45,587 bases of DNA from Folioceros fuciformis (taxonomy: Eukaryota), in the NCBI GenBank assembly GCA_049999805.1, contig JBNGIO010004138.1, positions 1 to 45,587 of the forward strand, written 5' to 3'. Numbering within the stretch: position 1 is the first letter of the stretch; each line of letters starts with the position of its first letter. Positions 10,386 to 20,139 of the stretch are shown piece by piece. Under the pieces are notes generated by a model. That model was not told the origin of the DNA. It worked only from the letters and a program-made list of their open reading frames with translations, and did not search any database. A program made the translations under genes and the position numbers.

Positions 10386-10460
10386 GCCCCGATGATGAGT
10401 GCAATTTCGAAAAGTAGTGGTCTTAGCTCAGGATGCTGAGAAGTTCAGCGCATGAGGGGC
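10386..10460 (+). ncRNA. Box C/D snoRNA copy 2 (paralog of 10070-10148)
   Basis: Terminal stem GCCCC/GGGGC (compensatory change versus copy 1); box C at 10392; identical guide at 10410-10421; C' at 10433; box D ATGA at 10452. Confidence 0.8.
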
Positions 10461-11026
10461 TTAATGATGCATGTGATGCATGTTCTTGTTTCATGTTTAT
10501 GGCGCTGGGTATGGTTTTCTTAGGTTTGCTTGTGACTGGGATTCTCTACAGAACTAGACAAACCTGTAGGTCAAGTTTCGTGATACCGCGTAACTTGTTT
10601 TTTGTGCGTCGGGCTTCCTTTCTTTTCTGTCCGGAATAGGTGAGATTTACCCTGATTGACTAGACGACTGCCAGGGTTCGGTGTATATCAATACGCGAGT
10701 GTGCAGGGAAGCTTTCTTGCTCTCATTTGTCAATGGCCTAGATTCGTTTCGTTTCGTTTGTCCGGTCACTTGCGGTCGCTTACTGTCGGGGTTCTTTGAG
10801 TTTGTTTCGAAGCCTTGGACCTATCTTGGGGTTTAGGGCTGATTCGTCCGTGGTGTTTGTTTATGTTTGATTTGGAGTCCTTGTTTCCAGCTAGGAAAAC
10901 TGCAGGGTCCCTTGGGCTGGCTGCTTACATGCGCCCGTAATGTCTTTTTGTTTCTCTTGAGCGTAGCGGTATGGCTTATGGCTTGTGGGAGAGAAAGGCT
11001 TCTCTTCTTAACTGGCTGGCTCGGTT

Positions 11027-11106
11027 CTCCCCGGGATTAACCAAAGATTTCAGCCTTGTCTGAAGTGCGATGAAGGACGAACACTAAATTCTAGTGAATG
11101 AGGGAG
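11027..11106 (+). ncRNA. Box C/D snoRNA; D' guide antisense to 18S rRNA CAAGGCUGAAA (yeast Gm1126/snR41-type site)
   Basis: Stem CTCCC/GGGAG; degenerate box C GGGATTA at 11033; guide TTTCAGCCTTG(T) at 11048-11059 then D' CTGA at 11060; C' GCGATGA at 11067; box D ATGA at 11098. Confidence 0.7.
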
Positions 11107-11177
11107 GCAGCCACTAGCGTGTTGATGACATCCTTCACCATTGTTTTTAGTTTAGCTGTGAGTCGGAACGTGTTGCC

Positions 11178-11255
11178 GCTCCCTATGATATTACAAATCT
11201 CAGCAGGTTCTGATTCTGCATGATGTACAAAATTCTCCAACGGATATGAGGGAGC
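11178..11255 (+). ncRNA. Box C/D snoRNA; D' guide possibly to the 3'-terminal region of 25S rRNA
   Basis: Stem GCTCCC/GGGAGC; box C-like ATGATAT at 11185; guide AATCTCAGCAGGTT at 11196-11209 then D' CTGA at 11210; C' ATGATGT at 11220; box D ATGA at 11246. Confidence 0.72.
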
Positions 11256-11968
11256 TCTGAAGACGGTCTGTTTTTTTCCGGATGCTGTGCAGTATGGTCT
11301 GGGGCCTTCTGCTCCATCGCTGGCTAGTTTCTCACGTGAAATGAAGTGTTTCTGCGAGTGTCGACCAGGAAGCCGTGGTCAAGAATGGCGTGCCTGTACC
11401 AATGTGCATGGGGCCCGGCCATGCTTCCGGATGACGGTGTTGCCGTGGTCACTTCCCTCGTTACCCATAACAGACGAAAGTCCCTAACGGTGCACACTGG
11501 ATCCCCTCAAGTCGAGTATGCAGACACGAAGAGACATGGAAATGAAGGGGCAAGCACCCGATGAAGCGGGTGGAACGTAGTCATTCTTCGCATTCACTGT
11601 TGTAGATGTCCGCAGAGTTTCTTATCTTATGTACTTATTGTTATGGTAAGTTTGATAAACCACGTGTTTCCCAACGACTGCGTGGCAATAAAATATTACT
11701 TCCTGCAAACTACCTAGGGATAGGTGTGACAGCTGACTTTCCCTAATATCCTTTGAGATTGTCTTGGGCAGAATCAGGCCTGACAGCCTGGGCGGCTCCT
11801 TTGAATTAGTTTTTATTTTATTTGCTTTTGGGGACTCGATATTTTACCAGACTTTGTTAACCACACTTTTCATCCAAGTAGCCTAGGGTTATGTATCATC
11901 GGAATTTATTAGAAAAACAGCAAAAGATTTTGATCCTTCAAGCCAGCTATTGGTGCCATGGTTCGATA

Positions 11969-12018
11969 CTTCACTCAGTTAGGAGGGTTTGCTCTTCACT
12001 CAGTTAGGAGGGTTTGCT
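11969..12018. repeat. Perfect 25-bp tandem duplication
   Basis: cttcactcagttaggagggtttgct x2. Confidence 0.95.
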
Positions 12019-12179
12019 TGTTTACTTGGTTTTGAACGTATTTTCTATGATTGAAAAAGAGATGGAAAGTCCCATCTATTCCAAAGATTGGAGGAACAAC
12101 TCCATTATGGCCAAAGGCAAAAAGAGGTATTCTCCCATGTGAATATCATTTTCAAAAACTACCTACTGCTCCCAAAATG

Positions 12180-15035
12180 TCATGATGTGGAATAATAAGG
12201 CCTACCTACCACTGGTGCCGAAGAAGCCGCTTGACCTGCGCTTGTTGTTGTTCTAAAAACTGCATTGGCCAATGCTCGTTGCAAAGCAATGGATACACGT
12301 TGTCGAAAGAAGGCTACCACAGAGAAAAGAAGGAGAACATCATTCCTATTGCTCTAATAAACCTTGGTGCACTCCTTGATAAACCTTGAAAAGTCCCTGC
12401 CCATAGCTCCATGAGTCTCAAGAGCAAGGGGGATGAAAGTATGCTCGTCTTGCAAGGGAGAATACTTATGGACTTTGGCACTTGCACAACCCTCTGCTGC
12501 CCAAACAGGGGGGTTGATGATGACGTGCTCACAAATCGAATCCCTAGTGGGATCTGTAACAACCACATTAGCAACACAAACCTGTTCTCCTCTAGTGAAG
12601 AAAAAGTCGGCTCTAAGTGAAACCCCATTGCGCAAAGTATATGGATGCTTTCTATACGGAAGAAACCCACACTCCCTAGCCATTGAGAACATGACATTCG
12701 GAACTGCATCATGAGTGCCAATGCGGTGCCCCCCAATGGGACAAGGTGCCAAATGGGACCCTGTATCGACAATGGCAACCCCACAACTGCATGTAGAGAG
12801 AGAAAAAGCCAAGGGGTGGGCCAAACCTAAGCAAAGTCTCATTGCGGTGGCGAAAGTTGCTGGTGCGATTCGAAACGCTTGGATGCAAGGTCGAGCTAAA
12901 AGCCAAGAGCCCGCTCCTTTACCTGAACAAGAGCAAATACGAGCTCGAGAAGACGTAGGGATGGATGAGTCTGAAAGAAGGGCTCTTAGTGCTTGGCCAT
13001 ATTGCTTTTCTAGGAGGGAGGCTTGGAGACCCTTCAACCCTTCCCTAGAAAAGGAGGTGAAAGGAGGTAGAGCCTCACGAGCCTCCAAAGGTAGAGAATC
13101 CCTCACTTGCCTAAGAGATACCCGTAAAGGGAAAACGCCCTCCTCAACACCTGAAATAAAACTGTCAAGAACAGGGGAATCTTGTAGCAAAAACGAGAGG
13201 CCAAAATTGGAGCTGAGAGGGCCCAGCTGCCGAGAAAGGCAGCTGGGGCAGAGGCCGCCATGGCCAAAAGACCAACCCCTCCAAAGGGGATTGGCAAAGA
13301 AGCCTGCTTTCGAGCCAAATCATGGACAACACACTCCAACGTGCCCGGACTTATGATGTTCCCAAGAGCCTGCATAACTTGTTTGTCAAACTTCCTGAGA
13401 CTTGATAAGAAAATGGAGAAGGTGCAACAGTTCTAGTAAGGTAACCTGGTCACAATGTAAAACAAGAAGAAAGGATACCAAACGCAATAAGAGGATCACT
13501 GATTTGTGAGAGGTCCATGATATGAGCCAAATCTTCATCCAATGCTTCATCTACAAACTTATGAACAAAATCAGGAGGTCCCACAGGCACACCCAAGACT
13601 CGAAGTCCCTACGAGGGGGTGATATCCCCCCCCCAAATATTGAAGGCGAGGAGTGATGCTTGAAGGGGACCAAACCCTGCATTTAGATAGCTTGACCCAC
13701 AACCCCACCTTGGAGAGCTCTGATGAGAAGAAATCAAATGTTGCTTTGACTGTGACTCCTTGCCCAAGAATATGAGTGTCATCAGTCATGGAAGGGAAAA
13801 GGCATTCCCGAAATGCTAAGGCAGTAGAGGACAATGCACGAAAATGCGCCATAGCAAAAAGAGCACCCCCCAGCCGATCCCCTTGCCTTGTGCCTGTTGC
13901 TGAATCAAGAACTGAGACCCCCTCAATAGTCGGGCCGTGTTGGTAGTAGAGCTTGGATGGCGAGCCATAGAAGGAGCGAACAAAAGGGATAAGACTTGAC
14001 AATTGATCTCCTGCACTCTTGAGCTCCGAGAAGATGTCGACCTTAGAGACGGTATTGAAAGCATTCTCAATATCAACCTGCAAAGCTACCCAGTGAGGAT
14101 GTAACTCAAGGGCCGCTTGGATGCCGAGAGCGGCATATTCACACCTACCTGGGGTAGCAATCCCAAATTAGTGGGGTGCAAGATGTGCTTGGAAGTACTC
14201 CCGAAGTTGAATTGCGATGCTTCGGCTGATAAGGCACAAGAAAACCTCCCCCACAGCAATGGGGCGTATTCCTGAGGTGGGCTGTTCCAATGCAAGTAGC
14301 CTACTAGCCGCTAAAACTTGAGAGATTCGATTGGGAACTTCGCCCCTAGCCACAACAGCTGCTAGTGTATAAAGCTCCGAAAAACCACTTGAGGGATCCT
14401 CAGGAGAAAAATAATCTCAAAAATGGTCATAAATTGTGCTAGACAGACCCCCGGCAGAAAGTCATGGCGCAGAAGAGAGTGCATGCTCAAAAACAACCCT
14501 ATCCAAGCAAAAAGGCTCCTCAACCGTGTGGTCAAGAAGATCTTCTGGTATAGTGTCATGAGGTTTTGGATGAAGGGCACGAAGTGCAGCAATGGTGTCC
14601 TCGGTTGCAGATGCAGCCGACTTTGGGCGCAATGCTCTAGCAACCCGAGCATATTCACCATCCCTGCCCAACATGAGACACCGCTTGAGACGAGCTTTAA
14701 ATGGCTCATGGCATACCTCGTAAACCTTAGTTGACTCCAATTAAGATTTTGCTGCTAGTAAATCCTCCTCCTGAATAGCTTGCCAATCTTCGAATAAAAA
14801 ACGGTGAAGACGAGAGGCCACCTCCCTATGACCTGACGGACCACCCCTAGAGCGTTGAAGGCACCATCTAGGCAGGAAAAGCAACAAAATCCAAGCACCC
14901 TCATCCCTCGGGTCCCGAACAAGGCGATCCAAAGAAAGACGATAAGCAAGGCGAATATCATCATGTAGGCGCATAGGGAGACGTCGAAAGAGACGAGGAC
15001 ATGGAAAACAAGCATGGAAAAGAGCCAACTTGTTT
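12180..15035 (-). mobile_element. Decayed, 5'-truncated non-LTR retrotransposon with RT, zinc knuckle and restriction-like endonuclease (CRE-like); 3' boundary approximate
   Basis: Minus-strand fragments in order: IRPIAVGEVFLCLISR, LQVDIENAFNTVS, GTRQGDRLGGALF, SMTDDTHI, KLSKCRVW, LPIPFGGVG, GAGSWL, CSCG..GSHLAPCPIGG.RIGTHDAV, LRADF, NVVVTDP, AKVHKY, FIPLALETHG. Multiple stops (14741, 14462, 14168, 12354) and frameshifts. Confidence 0.9.
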
Positions 15036-15541
15036 TTTGTCATATATAAATATTTATTATTTTATATTTGATTTATACATAAATATTTTTTGAAAATGCA
15101 GATACATCATATGGAGATCACTTAGAAGGAGCCTGGTTTATAGGGCTAGCCCTTCGTGGCTTGGTCACCGTTTATCTTTGGTGGGTTGTCTCACCTCTTC
15201 AAGGGTGTGTGAGTTTTCTATCTTGTTTTTCAAGAGTAATTAAGATGTTGAAGATCATTTTATTTTTGTCAAGTAATAGTCCCATAAATCTTCTCTAAAG
15301 ATTATCTTTACCCTATTTAGTAAAGAGAGAAAGCCCATAAAATCCTTATTTCTGCATAAATAAAATAGTTGATCTTTATTACTGTATAAATAAAATAGAG
15401 ACAAAGTTGAGCAATATGCTTGTCCAAGCTGCAAACAAGGGATCTAAGCTTCTCCTCCTTGGAAGAGAAGCTCAAGGCCTTGAGGGAGCCGAATGAACAA
15501 GGGCTATCCAATTAGAAAAATCTAGAAACGGACCCACAAGG

Positions 15542-15619
15542 GCTAAAAGAGAAGAGGAGCCATGGGGCTACCACCCACGAGCGCTAAAAGAGAAGAGGAG
15601 CTATGGGGCTACCACCCAC
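15542..15619. repeat. 41-bp-period tandem duplication
   Basis: gctaaaagagaagaggagc(c/t)atggggctaccacccac at 15542 and 15583. Confidence 0.9.
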
Positions 15620-16360
15620 CACCCATGCGGAAGTGGAGGAATACTTGTGAAGTTTTGTGTTTCCAATGGACCTCATCCAAGACTTGATCTACTCCTCCAC
15701 CAAGCCATTGGGAAAAAACAACACTTTGCAGGGTCGTCTTTTCCGAATAGGGGTTGAAGGAGTCCAGAGAGGGAGATAACCGTAAATTAAAAAGAACAGG
15801 TTGAAAAAGTAGTTCGGTAACTTCATCCTATAAAATAGTAATTATATCATAATTTCTAGGGATGAGAACTTGATCTGGGAGACCTGAATGGTACGGGGAC
15901 CGTGTGATGCGCAAACAGGGGCATCTCTCAGCCTAGCACACCTCGTTCGTTCAACCAAGCTGGTGAGGACCAGTGTCACAGTGTGTTACAGGTTCCCAGA
16001 CTCCGTCAATTGGGATCGCGCTCAAAAAAATGTTTTGTACATACAACGGACAGTACTGAATGTGAGCACACGAGAAGGTGCCTTGTTTGTGCACGTGGGT
16101 GCTGCCTTGTAGCCCTTGGCAAAAGATGCGGCACCACAGATTTTCTCAAGCTGGAGAAGGAGAAGCTTGGCCACGTTACGACATCGCTCTTTGCCCGGCA
16201 CTTACAGTTTCGGGGAAGCTTTGTACTGCCTATTATATTATTACATGCACTAGTGTGGCGGGGCGAGGAGATTCGCTGTCGCTGGAGAGCCCTTGTCTTG
16301 TCTTCTCTTCTCCTCTCTTGGGGGAGATTCGTAGTGCGCCATTCTTCGTCGGGACGTCTG

Positions 16361-16388
16361 CAGTGCATACCATGCATGGTATGCACTG
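16361..16388. repeat. Perfect 28-bp palindrome centred on an RY motif CATGCATG
   Basis: cagtgcataccatg|catggtatgcactg equals its own reverse complement. Confidence 0.95.
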
Positions 16389-17282
16389 GACTGTGTAGTT
16401 TACTTTGCAGCTTTCCAGGAGGCTGCAGAGCGTGTGAGTGGTCGGCTCCGCCCTCTCATCTCTTCTCCGGAATGTCGCACTTTTCGTTTTCGTGGACCCC
16501 CCCAAAAAAAGGATAAAAGGCTGCAACAACTGATGTATTGTATACATTATTACATATGCACAGTATCGTATGTGCGGTCGTCAGGTACCCCCGTGGCATA
16601 GACTGGCCTGGCCTGGCCTGGCCTCTGCGGGGCCTGAGGCGCGAATTCATGAAAGGGACCGGGTTCGCGTGCGATGGCTGCCTTCTGGGCCACGCGGGAG
16701 AAGCGCAACCAGGTTGGTGGAGCTGCCTGCATATGTACTCCACACTCCATGAAGATGGTGGGACGATGAAAAGCGAATTCCATCCACTTCCTCATGCTTT
16801 CGGGGCCGGGCCACGGCGCCGGCGCAAAGCCGGCCTCCCCCGCCTCTTCACGCTCCCTGCTTGCAATCGGAGATGGCACTAATCTTGCACTTATTCAAGA
16901 TCCCGATCGTCAGGTCTTGCCTCACAACCACCTTCATCAAGTCGGTGGCAAGCAGCTGTGGATCACCTAAACTATGAGTATGGAAGTGACGCCTTGTTAG
17001 CCTGTCGCCGCTCGCTATACACCAAAGCCTGACACTCCTGTCACTGCGACCTCTCTCAAGAGGTGAGGTGAGGTTGAGGTAGAGGTAGAGGTAGAGGTTT
17101 GGTTTGGCGCTGCGTCCGCTTGCAATTCATACACGGCCCTCGGTGTGGCGAAGCTGTGCAGACGCTGTAAAATAAAGACACTGCCCTAGTCTCCAGCTGG
17201 CCCACGGGCTTAAACATTTTCGTGACGCTCCCCCCTCCTCTGCGTTCTCCCCACACTCTCACTCCTGGAGTCCTGGGCCACC

Positions 17283-19391
17283 ATGTTGGCCTTCTCGCAA
17301 CGCCTTGCTCTCTGGAGCAGCTCCAAGTCCAGGAGGCGTGGAGACAGGGAGCGCCATCTTCCTGGAATGCCAGCGCTCAGGGATGTAGATGCGTCTGGCG
17401 GCCGCGGGGGACCCGTCTCCTGGACCTCCTGCGCATGCTGCACCACGACTGCCACCTCCAGGCGAGCCTGCAAATCGTTTCTTCTTTCCGAGGCCAAGAG
17501 ATGGACAGGTGCGGGAACGGTACCAGGGCTGCGCCGTCGACTCGTTGCACTGCTCGCGCTCTTTGCGCTCGGCTGCATCTGGACAACGTCATCGCCCGCC
17601 AGCTGGTATACTCGGTACCGTGCTACGGGTCCAGCTCCGGATCCACTTGCACCACAGGTAGCTGATTCAGCGTATGAAGCTCCGCAATGGCAACCGCAAC
17701 CGCAACGGCGACCGGAGGCGGTAGCCGAGGAATGTGATGGTAGGCGCGTCTTCATGTACCACCTTCCCCCGCAGCTGAACACGGGAGTCCTGGAGCGCTG
17801 CTCAGGGGGGATGGTCTCTTGGCTCAATTTCTGCCCCCACGCTCTGAACGGGGGGTTCGGCAAGCTGCTGGATTTCCAGTCCGGGGCCGTGCCTTCCAAT
17901 TCCTCTCTCTTCTCCGACTACTTCACCCGCCGCGTCCCTCCAGCCAGTTCCCACGACTGGGACGCCACTTCAATCCAGCAGCAGGTGCTCCGGGACGCAC
18001 ACGCCTACGCTGGTTCCCGTGATGCGGACTCCAATTCGGAATCGTGCGGGGAAAAGGTGCAGGGCAGGGGAGGCTCCTGGTTCGCCACCGACGCCTATAT
18101 GCTGGAACAGATCTATCACACACGCATGTTCCACTACCCGTGTCTCACCTCCGATCCGGACCTCGCCTCCGCCTTCTTCCTGCCCTACTACGCCGGCCTG
18201 GACGCCCTGCAGTACCTCTACGGTGACAATCGCGGGCGAGGGAACGAGCACGGCCAGAACCTCATCGCGTTCCTGGAAGGGAACGCGTCCATGCGGCCTT
18301 ACTGGAAGCGCAGGGGGGGGCGAGATCACTTCATGGTGGCGGGGAGAACAGGGTGGGACTTCGGCCTGGCCTTGGAGTCGGCCAGTGACAACTGGGGGAC
18401 CGCGCTGTTCGCGCAGCCGGCGCTGGAGAACGTCACCTTCCTGGTGCTGGAAGGCCGGGGCTGGAGGCACGGGTTCGAGCAGGCGGTACCGTATCCTACC
18501 AGCTTCCACCCGCCGCTGGTGACGAAACGGGAACGGCCCGGCCGCGGGGGAGCAATTGCAAGCAAGCTCCTTGCGGACAGCAGAGGCGACGGCTTCGGCA
18601 AGCAGGAGCTTCGGGAATGGACGCGCAAGGTGAGAACAGCCCGGAGAACCTCCCTGATCGCATTCGCCGGGGCCATGCGCCCCGGGATGGCGACCAGCAT
18701 CCGCGGCATCCTCCACAGCCAGTGTCTCCACGCCAACTCCAACTCCAACTCCAACGCCAGGCCCTGGTCCACCACCCTTAACCTCACGACGGAATCCCCG
18801 TCGCTGCTGGCGCACAGGCGCTTCCACCCGGTCTGTGCGTTTGTGGACTGCGGCAGCGTCAAATGCAGCCACAATTCGCAGCCAGCCATGGACACCTTCT
18901 TGCACTCCGAATTTTGCCTCCAGCCGAGCGGAGACACGGCCACCAGGCGATCCACGTTCGACTCCATTGTGGCGGGATGCATCCCCGTCTTCTTCCACCC
19001 GGACTCCGCTTACACGCAATACAAGTGGCATTTGCCGGAGGAGGCCAGCAGCTACTCGGTCTTCATTCCGGAGGACAGTATTCGACAGGGCACCAGGGTG
19101 GAGGAGGTTCTGCGACGATTTTCTCAGCACCAGGTGCAGCAGCTTCGCGCAGCCCTATTACGCCTACTCCCTCGCGTCATCTACATGGACCTGGTGGACG
19201 ACTCGTCCAGGCGCCGCTGCGATGCTGCTGCTTCTTCTCAACACGGCGCTTCCCGTCCACCTGCCTCATCCGCCCATCAGTGGGAGCCTTTCATGGAAGA
19301 CGTTCAACCTGAAGACGCCTTTGACGTCAGTATCAAAGGCGTATTGACCAACATCGCTCCCATCCCTTCCTTAACTCCATACAAAACGTAA
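17283..19391 (+). CDS. Exostosin family GT47 clade A glycosyltransferase (MUR3/XLT2/GT19-like xyloglucan galactosyltransferase type), intronless
   Basis: 702-aa ORF with N-terminal TM segment (LVALLALFALGCIW) and motifs CDGRRVFMYHLPP, FFLPYYAGLD, WKRRGGRDHFMVAGR, QAVPYPTSFHP, FCLQPSGDTATRRSTFDSIVAGCIPVFF and DAFDVS. Confidence 0.95.
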   Translation: MLAFSQRLALWSSSKSRRRGDRERHLPGMPALRDVDASGGRGGPVSWTSCACCTTTATSRRACKSFLLSEAKRWTGAGTVPGLRRRLVALLALFALGCIWTTSSPASWYTRYRATGPAPDPLAPQVADSAYEAPQWQPQPQRRPEAVAEECDGRRVFMYHLPPQLNTGVLERCSGGMVSWLNFCPHALNGGFGKLLDFQSGAVPSNSSLFSDYFTRRVPPASSHDWDATSIQQQVLRDAHAYAGSRDADSNSESCGEKVQGRGGSWFATDAYMLEQIYHTRMFHYPCLTSDPDLASAFFLPYYAGLDALQYLYGDNRGRGNEHGQNLIAFLEGNASMRPYWKRRGGRDHFMVAGRTGWDFGLALESASDNWGTALFAQPALENVTFLVLEGRGWRHGFEQAVPYPTSFHPPLVTKRERPGRGGAIASKLLADSRGDGFGKQELREWTRKVRTARRTSLIAFAGAMRPGMATSIRGILHSQCLHANSNSNSNARPWSTTLNLTTESPSLLAHRRFHPVCAFVDCGSVKCSHNSQPAMDTFLHSEFCLQPSGDTATRRSTFDSIVAGCIPVFFHPDSAYTQYKWHLPEEASSYSVFIPEDSIRQGTRVEEVLRRFSQHQVQQLRAALLRLLPRVIYMDLVDDSSRRRCDAAASSQHGASRPPASSAHQWEPFMEDVQPEDAFDVSIKGVLTNIAPIPSLTPYKT

Positions 19392-20139
19392 CTAAACTAA
19401 ACTAAACTGACGGATAATGTTAGACGTGGGAAGTACAGTACAGTACTTCAGGGGTAGTCTCCTCAACTCTCAAGAGAGGGAAGGTGCCAGCCAACTCGGA
19501 AGCTGTGCGAGGGACCAGCCTCAACAAAACTAACAAACAAACAAAATTAGGTAACTCTCTCAGATTTAACCAGGAAGCTCATTCGATTTGGCACAACTGG
19601 CTTTCGTTGCTCCCGGTAGACATGTGGCAAAAGATGGTGAATTCTAGTCACGCACATTTGCAACTACAGTACTACTGTATGTATCATGCTCGTCCAACAA
19701 AATTTGCAACCATGTTTTCTCAACCCAAGTTGCCAGCACCAGAGTACACTGTCATGTATGGCAGTGCCCCGACTAACGCGTCACTTACTAGTTAACTCCA
19801 TTTTGTTGCAGAATCGTGTTTACCAGTCGGAATTCGGTAACAGATAGCACCTCTGCCACATCCCCTCTGCTCGCATCCGGTTGCTCAAGGCACATCCAGT
19901 TGGTGTCTGGACTCCACTGCTCCTTCCCGGATCAGAATGCTGGCGAACCCGATACTACAACTCGGAGGGCATGTGGGAGAATCCAAAACAGAAGCAGGTA
20001 TTGGGACCTACATCAAGGTGGCCGGCGGCAACATCAACAGAATGGTGGACAAACTTGTAACTCCTCCTTCGTCCACAGGTCCTCCTCTATCCGCGGTCTT
20101 TCCACTCGTGCACAGCCTGCACTCGACGTACAGTTTAGT

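Noticed and set aside
10635-10740. H/ACA snoRNA
   Set aside because: Two weak hairpins and an ANANNA (ATATCA) are present, but there is no ACA box after the second hairpin.
17970-19130. 386-aa minus-strand ORF and similar overlapping ORFs (4473-5399, 8192-8845, 12715-13356)
   Set aside because: Antisense shadows of GC-rich or repetitive coding sequence on the other strand.
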